Shown here: in pieces, positions 48,727-61,434 of the stretch
How the letters are laid out: the number at the start of each line of letters is the position of its first letter
Numbering within the stretch: the first letter of the stretch is position 1
Assembly: GCF_000315625.1 (NCBI RefSeq)
Contig: NW_005434641.1
Coordinates: 387,113 to 451,112 of the forward strand
DNA length: 64,000 nucleotides
Direction of reading: 5' to 3'
From: Guillardia theta CCMP2712
Taxonomy: Eukaryota > Protista > Cryptophyta
The notes under the pieces: model-generated
Databases searched by the model: none
What the model saw: the letters and a program-made list of their open reading frames with translations, nothing else
Told to the model about the DNA's origin: nothing
Made by a program: the position numbers and the translations under genes

Positions 48727-49251
48727 TTACCCTGACCCCTCAGTGACTCATCGCTTGTTGCAGCATCCTGATCGTGAGAGTGGAGGAGACAACGAGAGCA
48801 TCGAGATCTCCGTCAAGTACATCGGTGATTCGTCTATCTCCTTCCTGTTTCCTCCTTCCTTGCTATTGTTTCTCCTCCTCCCCCCTTCCTCCCTCCCTCC
48901 ACCTCCTCCATCTTCACCCTCTGACTCTCTGAGTAGACCCTTCCTACATGGTTCGAAGTGTCCCTGCTAACGTCAGCGACTCCATCTACTGCTCTCTGCT
49001 CGGCTCTCAAGTCTCTGACTCCCTCCCTCCTCTTCCTCTCTGCTTCTCAACATCCCCTTGCTTCCGTCCCTCCCTCCTCTGCTCCTTCCTCCCCCCCCCC
49101 CCCCTTGCCGCTCCCCTCTCCTCCTTCTCTCTTGTATCCTCACTGGACCCGCAGGGTGTTCACGGAGCCTTCGCGGGTTTCACCGGCTTCACCGTAGGGC
49201 TCGTCAACAGCAGGACTGTCTACATCCCCATGCGGGTAATTGACAGACTCA

Positions 49252-49333
<82 letters not shown>

Positions 49334-49537
49334 CGTCTTCTTTCTCTATCTTTCTGATCGTTCACCTTCACCTTCAGTTGATCAGCTCTGGCACGAGGCG
49401 CCTGAACCCCAAGGGAAGGACTTGGTAAGTCTCTCCCCCCCCCTTCCTCTCCTTCTGACTCGCCACTCCTTGCCACCTCCAGGCAGCGAGTCTGCGCTAT
49501 CACCCAGCAACCGACTTTCCTTGCCCAGGGCCTCTAA
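45507..49537 (+). CDS. PFK: ATP-dependent 6-phosphofructokinase (plant/protist group X type), many exons, start uncertain
   Basis: [11 protein letters not shown]|[64 protein letters not shown] rather than GGDD implies ATP specificity. Confidence 0.93.
49253..49331 (+). repeat. Intronic (GCT)n trinucleotide repeat
   Basis: Directly visible. Confidence 0.9.
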
Positions 49538-49574
49538 TTACGTTAATTAATTTACACCTCGTGCTCCTGCTCTG

Positions 49575-52500
49575 CTATTCACAACCCCCTGCTTTCAGTT
49601 CCGCATCCTTGCCGCGTCAGTCTTCCAGCCTCCTCCAGACACCTACCAGCGAATCTCCTTCACCGTACAAAATGGAAGTTCGCTCTACTCACATGCAGGT
49701 CCGGGTTCGCTTGCCGCCCTGCCCCCTTCCCATCCCGCCGCAGCACCAGCCCGACGCCCATTCTCTGACCAGGAGGACGAAAGCGTCCTACCGCACCCTG
49801 CGAAGTGATCAGGAGAGGAGGAGAGTAAGAAGTGGGAGGGGAAACAAGGTGAGCAGCAGGCGGGAGCGAATATGAAGGGAGGGGGAGCAAGGAGAGGGAG
49901 GGGCAAGGGGACGCAACAAGGATGCGAGAGGAGAGGAGAGGAATGTGGGGGGCAGGCCGCTGGTCTGCGAGCTACCTGGATGTCGTTGTGCGGGTTGCTG
50001 AAGGAGGAGACGCTGATGTTTCGCCCTGCCCCCATGTGCAGCATGCTGAGCTGATCCTCCTCCTCCAGATCTCGCTCATCTCCAGCTGAGCATCAGCTCG
50101 GGTTCCAGCTGGAAGCAGCTTACCTTCGATCGGACGGGTCAGGTTTGCCCTCTGGAATGTGCTGTTGACGAAGCTGTCGAGCTCGTCCTGTCGCTTCATG
50201 CGTGAGTTTCATTTTCTTCTCCTCCCCCTCCTCCCTCCTGCCGAAATTCCACCCGCTCCTTCTTGCTTCCTTCCAGGCTTCCCCCAGCCTCTCCCCTCCC
50301 TCCCCCTCCCTCCCTTCCCGCACTCGCTCGCTCCTCTCAGCCTCATCCCCACGGCTTTCACCTGCTTCGTCTTCCAGTCCCCTGCTGCTTCTCCCTCGCT
50401 CGACTTGTCGCTGGGGATTCGCCGGACCTCGTCGAAGTAGAGGCCCTGGATCAAGGCCGGGTAAGGGAAGACAAAAGGAGGCAGGGAGAAGGAGATGGAG
50501 GGAGGAGGGGAGTGGAGGGAACAGACGGAATTGCACCAGGAGCGATCTGAAGCGTAAGGGAGGGGGGACAGGAGGAAGAAACAATCAGTTGCGGAGTACA
50601 GGATGGGGAACCTTGGAGTTAGCAGCTTCTCGCTCCGGAGAACGCAGCCCAATCCCACTGTGATGACGTCAGAGCTAGAGAGAAGCAGCGGAGGGGAAGG
50701 AGGAGAGCGGGGAGGTCTCGAGGAGGGCAAAGAAAAGTCGACCTGTCGTCTCTGCTTCCAAATTTCTCGAGCACCTATTGGACTAATCACGTTGAGGAAA
50801 GGAGGCAGGAGGGGAGGAAGTTCAAGGCAAAGGAGCACAAGGGGCAATACAAGTCGGGAGCAGGGGCTCGGCGCCGCCACGTTGAACATGTCGTCACCTG
50901 GAGCAGCAGCTAAGTCAAGCCAGCAAGGACAGACAGGCTTTCTTGCTTTCACCTCCTCGCTCCGGGTTGAAGAAGTGGAAACTAGCGGGTGATGTACAAG
51001 ACGCGATGTTCTTCTGTACAAAAGGACACACGTCAGCCGCAACAATCACCCTCCATCTACTCTCGCTCATCTTCATCCAATCCTCTTCTCATGTCTTCTT
51101 TCCTTGTTCCTCATCGCCCCCCTTCCCTCCTCCCGCCCTTCTCTACCTTCTTGATCGGGGTGTTGAAGTCTACTGGCCGCCTGCTCGAGCATCACTGGCT
51201 GAGGTCGCAAGGCAAACTACGGACCTCGAGTGCCGCGACACTGGTCGATTCTTCCCCATAGCAGCTTCCCGCGGGTTGTAACTGTCCTGCCAAGCTGAGA
51301 GGAGGTCAGGGGGCCAGCTGGACTTGCACACCCCGTGGCGGATCATCTCACCACCAGTCTCGCTTTCTCGCGATGAAACTTGAGAGCCGGTCCCCAAGAC
51401 TTGCTGTTGGGCAGGCGAACGAGGTCAGTTTGACCGCCGCACAACCATCCTCTTCCTCACCTTCTCCCTCACGAGCGAGCTTATCCTCCTCGCAGGCCCT
51501 GCCGCAACCTCGTCACGCCCGGCTGACTCCTCAAAAGTCTCAAACCAGGCGGCAGCCCTCTTCCCCGTGCTCTTGCTGCTTGAGACCTCCCGTCCACCTC
51601 CCTGGCCTCCACGTCCAAGCAGTCTTCAAACAGATCCCCTCCGTCCGCGTCTCTTCCTGCAGACACATCTGCCATGAGAAGAGATGGCGCAGGCTTTCCA
51701 GTGTCAGCCCACCAGTGAGGATGTTGAGCTGTGGAAGTGAGTTTGATATCTCAAGCCGCCTTCGAGTTCTGAAGCCTCACGTCAGACGAGATTGTGCAGG
51801 ATGGTGAGGGAGGAGAGGCACGAAGAGAAGGAAGGATCAAGACGAGAAGGAGAAAACGACGGGAAGGAAGAGAAGGAGAGGAGGGCAAGGGTGCAGCAAA
51901 ATCTGACTCGGGTGTTGGAAATCTGTCGGTGACATCTCACCCGGCTTTCGCGTTTCCTTTCATGTTGACATTCTTAGATTTTACGTTCATCTTCTTCAAG
52001 TCCGATGCAACATCGTCAACTTCCCCTGCCCGTGACTGATGCTTGGCATCCATCGCCGGCGAGCTGTTGCAGTCTGCTTCAGTGTCCTCCTCCCTTCCCT
52101 CCACTCGCTACCTCGTGTAATGCACAGGGGGCATCTCTCCTGAGATCTGAGCAGGTAGCAAGTGAGATAGTGACCCTCCTTCCTCTCCGTCTCCCCACCT
52201 GTAGGACATCTGTGTTGGTCCCTCCCTCATGCTTTGTCTCACACCTGCATGCGCAACATCAAATCTTCTCCTTCCTCTTAGACGCCTCTCACCCCGCATG
52301 CGCATGTCCTCTATCGTGTGCGTTAGAGGCAGCAGGAGCTGACTGCAGTCTCGAAATGTGTAGCTGGAAGTCAGTTGCCCCCACTGTCGCCCCTCCTCCC
52401 CCTGGACCGTCCTGCTGCCCCTCCGAGCTGCGGGCTGACTGGGGCAGCGTGATGTTGAACCTCTTGGCCTTCGCTACCACATCATTGCGAGCCAGGATGT

Positions 52501-53331
52501 CCCGCGTGTCCGGCCTCCTCTGCGGTGCCTTGATCAAGCAGCGGTTCACCAGGTCCATCAGGTCAGGAGAAAACCGCGACGGCAGCGGCTCTTGCTGCTC
52601 CGACAGGATGCGGAGGATGAGGGCCCCCTGGTTGCTCGCCTGGAATGGAAGCCCTCCTCCCGTGCACATCTCGAAGATCACGCATCCCAGCGCCCACACG
52701 TCCGACTTGACGTTGTACGGGCTTCCCTCGCACAGCTCAGGGCTCAGGTAGTAGGGCGTCCCCACCATCGTGTGCGCCATCTCCTGGGTGTTGTTAAGCA
52801 TCCTCGACACCCCAAGGTCTCCGATCTTCGCGTCCCCGTTGGCAGTGATGAAGACATTCGCTGACTTGAGGTCGCGATGCAGCACCTTCTTCTCGTGCAT
52901 GTGGTTCAGCCCCACCGTTATCTGGAGCGTCCACTTCCAGATCTGAATCTCCTTCATCACCTTTCCCTCTTCGCTCTTGATCCTGTCCGACAAGGTGCCA
53001 TGCTCTGCCCACTCCATCACAATGTGCAGGATCTCATCATCGAGGAAGGAGTCGTAGTAGCGGATCACGTAAGGATGCTCGAAGGAAGCAAGCAGCTGCA
53101 CCTCCAGCAGGGCCTGCTCCTCCTCCTCAGGTACCACCGCTGACATGTCGATCTCCTTGACGCAGTAAACTCGGTTGTCCGCTTTCCTGCGTGCCTTGAA
53201 GACAACACTGGATGCTCCTCTGCCCACCTAGAGGAAGAACATGGTCAAGTCTACCATGGGGAGGGCGGACACAGGTGCTTCACCTTCCGGAGGAAATCGA
53301 AATCATCCCTGGTGGATTGGGGCCTTTGCAT
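49575..53331 (-). CDS. NIMA-related (NEK) Ser/Thr kinase with long C-terminal tail (3' exons approximate)
   Basis: MQRPQSTRDDFDFLRK|VGRGASSVV, VKEI, HRDLKSANVF, KIGDLGVS, GTPYYLSPE, KSDVWALGC. Confidence 0.9.
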
Positions 53332-54609
53332 GTTCAGCCGATTATCCCAGGGAGCTCAAGGAAATGTATGCGATAGTTTGCTCTCTTCAGCTGGTCTTGT
53401 AACAAGAGACAGGTGTGGATATGCATCCAACTTCCTCTATTCTATGCTCTTCTGATCCGCCCAATGGTTGCTCAACAATATTGAGCAGCCGCCTCGCGGG
53501 GCTACTCCAACCCTCCGTTGCCATCCCCCCCAATCTAATATCGCCATCCTCCCGTTGTCCACCAAACTTCGCCAGCCAAACCCAAATAGACCTGCAACAA
53601 CGTCAAAAACGCGAGCAAACTGCTAGCAGGTATGGTTGCAGTGCCAGTATCCCATTCCTCACTGAGATTTTCGTAGGGCAACTGTCTCGGGAACCTTTTC
53701 CATCAACGTCTTGATTCCGCACTACATATTTATTCCAATCTGTGCAGATTCTACCGGCATCTCCTTGTCACTTTCAAAATTCTAACACGCATTCGGCTGC
53801 TGGCATGACAACATTGAAGCGCTCTGTACAAGAGCACCATATCAGCATGCCACCAACATGCCATCATTATTGTCCTCTCATTCATTGCATGATCTTCTTT
53901 GGTCCATCTCTTCCTTCGCCCTCACTACCATCATCACATCCTTCACCTAGTGCCGCCATAACAGTTTTCCCTCAAAATTCCCCACCCTACCTCAATTCCC
54001 TGCTGCCACCCTACTTCTGAACCCACCCTCTCCTTTCCTGTTCCACCACCCCACGTCTTTGCCCTCACCACACCCCACCCCTGCTTTTGTACCAAGTTTT
54101 CAATCCCCCGGCGTTGCTACCCCACCCCCTCGTTTCCTTCAACCACCCTACAGTCACAAGTACCCCTTCATACTATAAAGGGTACAATTGCTTCATGACG
54201 ATACCGGTACATTTACCATCCCCACCCCCTACCCTTCACCTCCCTACTGCTGTCCCCCACGACCACCCCCTTGGGACATTACCCCTCCAAACAAGGAAAG
54301 TACCCGACCGAGGTCTTTCAAAACCACCCCCTTCATGTACCCCCTCGTTCGCCCCCCTCCTACGATCCCACCCCCTGTACTTTAATAAGGGTAGGTAGGG
54401 GTACCTTTTCTACCAATGTCATGTTCCCACCCCCACCCCTAATTTACCTTTTGGACACAGGTGGGGTCACGGGAGCGATGGACCTACCCCACCTCCCCGT
54501 TGTCCTAGGCGATAGCGGTGGGGTAGTAAACTTATTGGATCAAGCTCCCCTCAGTTATGCAATTAGTGGATTTGAAAAGACAGCGCCAAATACCAAAACT
54601 TGAAGGATC

Positions 54610-54945
54610 GACGTGACCCGGCCCCGGCCGGGCAGTGAGCCTGGGCCTCGGAGCCTCCCGCCGGACCAGAGTAGCCTCGGCGGCGTCCCTCAGTGTGCCG
54701 CCGTCACGGTGATCGGACAGGCCGCATGCCAGCCGCCTGGCCGGGCCCCCGGGCCCCCCGCGCCCGGCGGCGCGCCGGGACGGTCACGGCCGGGTGCGGC
54801 CACCGCCGGTAAGGCCGCTTGAAGGCTGCGGCGGGCCCGGCGCCGCCGGGCCGGCGGCCCGGGCCGGCCCTCCCGGGCGGCGCGGCGCGGCCGGCCCGGG
54901 ACCCGGTCACGGCGCCAGCCTCACTAGCGGCCGGGCCGCCGCATA
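54610..54945. other. GC-rich CCGG island 5
   Basis: Very dense CCGG/GGCC words. Confidence 0.7.
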
Positions 54946-55139
54946 GCGTTGACATTTTGCTTTTTCTGCTTTGGGCTGTATGTTTTCCCGTGAGGGGGTT
55001 GTTCTGCTTTCTATGTGGATTGGGGGGTGGCGTCTCTGAGGATAGAAACAGGGTCCAAATTTCAGGTTTATAACTCTGATGTTGTTTTCCAAAAAGATAT
55101 TTTAAACTGTATTGTGGAATGGTTGAGTATAAACAGAGA

Positions 55140-57060
55140 AGAAGGGCTGCACCCCAGAAGTTGCAGTGCGATCATGGGGTCGTCTACTAACTAATTTGTA
55201 GAGCCTTCTTATGGTACAGTTTTATAAACAAGTTTGAACGACCTCCCTACACGCCATGAGCCTCCCCTTGTTCGGGGCACGTCGCACCGCTCTGTACTGC
55301 CCTAACCATGGCTCGCAAACAGCGAGCCCGCGGCAGCGTGTGCAGACATCAGATGTTCACCGAACATCCTCATGGGAGATTACTGAGGTGTAGAGATGAT
55401 GATCCTTGAGGAGTGCTTCGTACGGTGCGTGAATCTCACGAAAAATCGTTTGGTGAGCGAAGAGCATCAATAATACAAGTGAAAATCACCATCACAGGGA
55501 TACGTTGCAATCGAAACCGGGTTGTGAAATACCCTAAGCTATCTGCGATGCATGACAGGGAAACTGAGTTGGAGTAGATGGATGGAGATTACACACAAGA
55601 CGACAGGGAATCATCATCCGACGGTGACTGGATTGTTCAAAAGCCGTACAGTCACCAGTGAGCTCAAGAACACATGTCTTCACGATGATGGCTGATAGGC
55701 TCGCAAGAAATACAGTGCATTTTAGCAGTGAGCTGCTCGATTGCTTGAAACCACGATGATCCACAGCACTATCGAATGATAACAAGCAAGTCCACCGGTT
55801 CGTGAAGGATTCTTCATCCGGTTTTCAAGGATGTGTTAGAACGATGAAACATGTTGCAAATCACCAAGGTCTATGCCATTTGATCACATGATGCATCATC
55901 TAAATATTACTGGTGTGAACTTGCATCAGATCGTGTGTTCATCAATGAGCCGCTGCCAAGCAGATGATACGGTCACAGCAAACACGAGCACTTTGAAGAT
56001 GCTGATATTCCAGGCCGTACAGCATTTATGATGTGGATACATGTCACATGCTTCTTGGTTAACACAGAAATACCTTCGCCAGGCAAAAGATGGAACGTCG
56101 TCAGGATTACAAGGAGGTCGGTTGTGCTTTTACCCAGATTGACACGCTTGTAATAAAGATATGATCACCTGAATGTGGAATTCTGTTTATTGATTCACAG
56201 TGTTTGTGGTTCGTTTACAATCATCGAGTGCTTGCTCTGTTGAACAAGGCACCCCTCTGTAGAGCCAAATGCGACAAGAACTCTACTTTTGCATGGTAGC
56301 ATTGCGAACTGTCCAAACAAGGCAGGATTGATTCGAAGAACATCTCATTTATTGATATCAGATTCATCTGCACATTGTTTCATTTCTAACTAGGTTTCTG
56401 CAGCGTTGTGGAAATGTCATGACAGAGGAAGAAGTTGCAGTGCAGAAAAATCATCCAACGTCATGAAACATGGAAATGCAATTGTCAATGCACTTGATCA
56501 TGGATATAGTGATTCATGATCAACAACGATGATTCAAAGTCATCTATCCTGGCAGGTAAAGAAATCCTTTGTGAAAACGTCTCTTCATGCATCATTGAAC
56601 GGTTGAGCATGTAAAGCTTTCTCTATAGAAAAGTGAGGTGCATGAATCCTGACCGTAAGACTAGAAAAATTGAAAGTGAGTGATGACATGAGAACACATA
56701 TCTAGACAGAAAAGTCGCCTAAGGTACAGCCGAATACAAATTTCTCACAAATCATGCATTTGAGCTCAACGTGCAACCTACAGCAATTTGAAAGAAGGGT
56801 GAATCAGAGTTGATTCTGTTCAATGGTGAATCTATCATTAGTTGCTTACCTGTTCATGAAAATTTCATCTTGTCTTCGAAGAATATTTTCAAGTACACTC
56901 GCGGATTGTTTGAACCTAGGGTGCATATTCCAGTACACGATGAATGATTCAAACCTTGGCCCCACCTGCAGAGTTGAGAAAGAAGCTCGATCATCTCTAA
57001 CAGGTATGATATGAGATCTTCATCTCATTCCTATCTCAGTTGGGTTGGATTCGAAGTCTC
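55140..57060 (+). pseudogene. Decayed cysteine-rich repeat gene (EsV-1-7-like repeats)
   Basis: Fragments PSYGTV, PLFGARRTALYCPNH, RSCSA and GCEIP among many stops and frameshifts. Lower GC than flanking genes and no long ORF. Confidence 0.4.
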
Positions 57061-57559
57061 TCAATATCAAGGTTCATCCTCGCGAGTCAGGAAGGCACCA
57101 TTTCATCGCCTCTTGCTCGTCCAGGGAGAGGGGGCTTGGGGAATGAGAAAAGGGGGCTACCCCCCACCCCCTATCACAGAGTTTCAAACTCTTTCAAAGG
57201 TGGGTAGTTGAGGATGCTCCATACCCACCCCACCCCCCGATGAAAGTCAAACAGAGGGGTTCTCGGAAGTCGAAGTTCCGACCAGTTTGGCCCTCATTTT
57301 GTACCATATAAACGCTGCAATATTAAGTTGGTACCACAGATACATCTAAAATTCGTACTTTTACTTTGGTTTGGCGTGGTGAGGTGTCCAAGCAACCAAA
57401 TTCAAATCACCCTACCCTCCTTTGGCCCTGCGCAGCAACGATTTTTCAAAGAGCGAGTACCCTCCTACACGCCTTCTCAAAGTAGGGTACTCCCACATGG
57501 CATGAAATGAAGGGACCCCTCAGGCCCTTCGAAAAAAAAAAATCTTGCCAATTTTTCCT

Positions 57560-58120
57560 ATGAGCGCCCGGCCGGAAAAGCAACCGCGGCTATGGTGAAC
57601 CGTACGGTCGGTGTGGCCGCACTGACAGTCACATGATCACCGGTCATGGTGACCTGCCGCGGCACCGTGCCACCGTGGCACGGCGTGGCCCGGCCGCCCG
57701 GGCCGGCGGGCGACTCGCGAGTCGGCTCCCGGCGAGCCGGGCGCGCCCGGCGCCGCGCGGCCACTCAGTGTGTGTCACCATCGGACCGTTGAACATCGGA
57801 ACGTGACTCCCGGGCGGGCCGGGCGGCCGCGTGCCCGCCTCCCGGCGCCGGGCCCCCCGGCCCGGGCCCGCGGGGCCCGGGCCCGGCGGCCGGCGCCCGA
57901 CGGTCACTGGAGCCGCCGATCGGATCCGAATCATCAGAGACCGAAAGGCGACTCGGAAGTTTACCGTACCCCCGGGCCCGCTGGACAGGGACAGCGGCGG
58001 GTTCAAGTGAACGGCGGTCCGAGACCGTAGCCGCGTGCCGCGCCCGGTGACTGCCGCTGCCAGCCTGAGCCGCCGCGCCCCGGGCAGTGTCCCGGGGCCC
58101 GGGCCGGCGAACTCAGTTAC
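57560..58120. other. GC-rich CCGG island 6
   Basis: Very dense CCGG/GGCC, plus GATCGGATCCG and TTCAAGT. Confidence 0.7.
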
Positions 58121-58820
58121 CATGATGGTTTAGTTCGATTGCGATCGAGAAAGAAAATTACGCCCTACCTCGGGGGCTGAGAGAAGGATTTTTCACTGGG
58201 GGTACAACACCCATGCCATTTTCAGATATTTCATCGAAAATGTATCCTATTCAACCAAATTGTGCTTTCAAAAACATGGAGTGATTTCAAATAATTCTTA
58301 CACAATTTCAAATATTGCCACCCCCCCTTCCTACTGCTCATCCGTCACAGTCGCCGCTGCCCTGCAGGCATGGCGAAGGCGGTCTAGAACATTCTTCTGC
58401 CTGCTCCTGCCCAACTTGCCCCTCCTCCCTCCTCCTGCGCCTTCTCCTCCTCCTCCTCTCTCTCCCACACTTGTTGCATCATCCCAACCCCGATATCTCT
58501 TTCTTATCCTCCTTATAAATACCCTCCTCCATCTACGCCCCCCCCTGATAGGCGGTCGCCCTCGCTGAAGAGGAGAAGGTGGTTACAAGGTGAGAGAAGA
58601 GAAGTCGTGATCAATGTCATCTTTCTTTGATTTCGAAGATGTTCGTGTACCATGTATTGTTTCCGCAATGGTGCGACTTGCTTGCACCTCTATCCCTGCT
58701 CCTTACATGTCCCCCTTATCTTTATCCCTGTGTTGAATAAGCTGCATCCTAGCATCTTTCCGAGGGCATGGCCTCTGACATGGGGTGCAGGTCTCGTCTG
58801 CTGGCAGGAATAGAATAGAT

Positions 58821-61156
58821 ATGAGGATCCTATCCGTCCTCTGCCTGCTCGCTGGAGCCGGCATGATACTTTCAGCGTCCGAACCAAGACCCTTTCATGC
58901 TGCTCGAATGAGAAGAGGGCGCTTGCTGCATCTCCTGCCGCTTGGACGAACGTTGAACCTTCGTGGAGGCACTGAGACGACAGCTCCCGATGCAGGAGGA
59001 GTGCGCCTTGTGAAGCCCCTGGGAGGCTTCCAGAGGACCAACAGCTACTCGTGCCTGAACGATGTCATGCTCACGGGAGAGAAGGCTGGGAAGATCTCAG
59101 CAGAGGAAGTGCCTGCTCCCGTCCATGAGGAGGAGGAGGTGGCGCCCACGATCCCCGAGACCCTCCTGCCTGAGGGCGAACGCCTCAACGTCATCATCGT
59201 GTCCTCGGAGATCAGCCCCTACTCAAAGTCCGGCGGTCTCGCAGACGTGGCGGACAAGTTGGGAGTGGCGCTGGCGAAGCTCGGTCATCGCGTGATGACG
59301 GTAGCGCCCATGTACCGTGCGTATGAGGGGGCCGAGCCGACGGGGGTCAAGCGGACGTTCGGGCTGTGGGACACCGGCCACACGGTTGAGTACTGCCACA
59401 AGTACGAGCAGGTTGGCAAGGATAAAGGAGTGGACCACGTGTTTGTGAAGCACGGTTCGTTTGAGCGCAAGGGAATGTATGGTGAAGGCGGGATGGACTA
59501 TGGAGACAACTTGTTCCGCTTCGCACTGTTCGCATGGGCGTCACTGGAGGCTCCGCTGGTGGTTCCTTGTGGAGGAGTTCCCTACGGGGAGGATGTGGTC
59601 TTCCTTGCGAACGACTGGCAGGCTGGTTTCGTGCCCTTGATCTTGTCGAGCCACTACAGGAGGTATAAGGTTTACTCCAAGGCCAGATGCGTTTTCGACA
59701 TTCACAACATGGGATACCAAGGGCCTTTCCCCAATCCTCCCTACTCTGAGGCTCCTCCTTTCTCCTTCTGCGACTTTGGGTTGCGCGACAACGCGTACTA
59801 CGACAAGTACTTCTGGGTGTATCCGGAGGAGCAGCGAGCACACGCCTTGGACAAGGGAGAGTCGATCAAGCTGCTCAAGGGAGGCATCGAGATGTCAGAC
59901 AAGGTCTGCACAGTCGCTCCATCCTACTGCGATGAGATCATGACCCTCGAGGGAGCCTGGGGGATGCATGAAGTCACTCGCTTCCGCTTCTCTGACACCG
60001 TCGGGATCCTCAACGGCATCGACATGGACGAGTGGGACCCGAGCAACGACAAGTTCCTCATTCCCAAGGGCATCAGCTTCTCGGCCGCAGAGCCCGCGGG
60101 CAAGGCGAAGGCCAAGGAGCTGCTGCAGAGAGAGCTCGGGCTGCAGGTCAGGAAGGACGTCCCGCTCGTGTGCTTCATCGGGCGCCTTGCCCCCCAGAAG
60201 GGTGTCGACTTGATCGAAGAGATCTTCCCCTGGCTCATCTCCCGGGACCCCAAGGGCGTCACAGGCGACGTGCAGCTCGTGATGATGGGCAGCGGAGAGG
60301 AGAGATATGCCAACTTCCTCCGGAGGGCAGAGGCTGAGAACAAGGGCAAGGTCGTGGGCTACGTCGGGTTCACGTCCGAGTGGGAGCACAAGATCATCGC
60401 CGGTGCTGACATCCTCCTGATGCCCTCTCGCTACGAGCCGTGTGGCCTCCCCCAGGTATCTCCTCCTTCCTCCCCTCCTCTCCTCTAGTTCACAAGCTCT
60501 CCCTCCTTTATCTCCTTCTTCCTCATTTTGCGAGTTGAGCTGACGCCTCCTAGATGTATGCCCAGCGCTACGGCACCGTCCCAGTGGTGCATGCCACAGG
60601 AGGTCTCAAGGTTGGCTCCTCTCTCCCTTCCACGCGTAGCCTGACGGCATTCAGGACTCTGTGATCCAGTACAATCCTTTCCAGGACACAGACACCGGGT
60701 AAGGACAGGAGGGAGGGAGGGAGGGAGGGAGATGGGGGGAGGGGCGGGGGAGCTGGAGAGCGGAGCTGGGCAGAAATGGTTACTGATGATGGGGCGTGAA
60801 GGTATGGGACTGGATGGAAGTTCGAGAGGGCGGACTCTGCAGGGCTGCAGGTGAGATGTTTCCCTCCCTCTCTCCCTCCCTCCCTCCTTCCTCTGATCTC
60901 ACCTGTCTCCTTCAGTTTGGCCTCTGGAACGCTCTCAACACATACCGCAACTTCAAGGACAGCTGGAGCAAAATGGTGGTAAGTTTGCAATTTTCGCTTG
61001 CTCTCTCTCTCGAGCTGGTATCAATCGCTCGTTTCGCAGGTTCGCTGCATGCAGCAGGACTTCAGCTGGGAGAAGAGCGCCCAGAGGTATGTGGAAGTGT
61101 TCAAGCAGGCGAAGCAGTCGCCCCCCTTCATCAACCCTCTCCCGTTTGAGAACTAG
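58821..61156 (+). CDS. Starch synthase (GT5, GBSS-like) with signal peptide, multi-exon
   Basis: KSGGLADV motif, DNLFRFALF, ANDWQ, IHNMGYQG, GILNGID..EWDP, FIGRLAPQKG, MPSRYEPCGLPQ|MYAQRYGT..HATGGLK|DSV, MQQDFSW. Confidence 0.95.
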
Positions 61157-61434
61157 AGGGACGGGGAGCAGCAGACTAGTCGATGCTCGTCGGTGAGGGA
61201 GGCGTCTTCCTGCCTCCTGGGACTCTGCGAATCTCTCGCGTTTGAATTTTGAGGCCTGAGAAGGAGAGGAGGTCGAGAAACGGAGGATTAGGAGGGGAAG
61301 GACGAAGAGGAGAGTACTTTTGAGACTCAGTCACATTAGATTTTCATTGAAAGAAGATTTGTTTTTATCATCTACAAGATTTCAAGACAAAAGAATAACA
61401 AGAAACAAACAATACACATCCTTCCCCGCTACTT

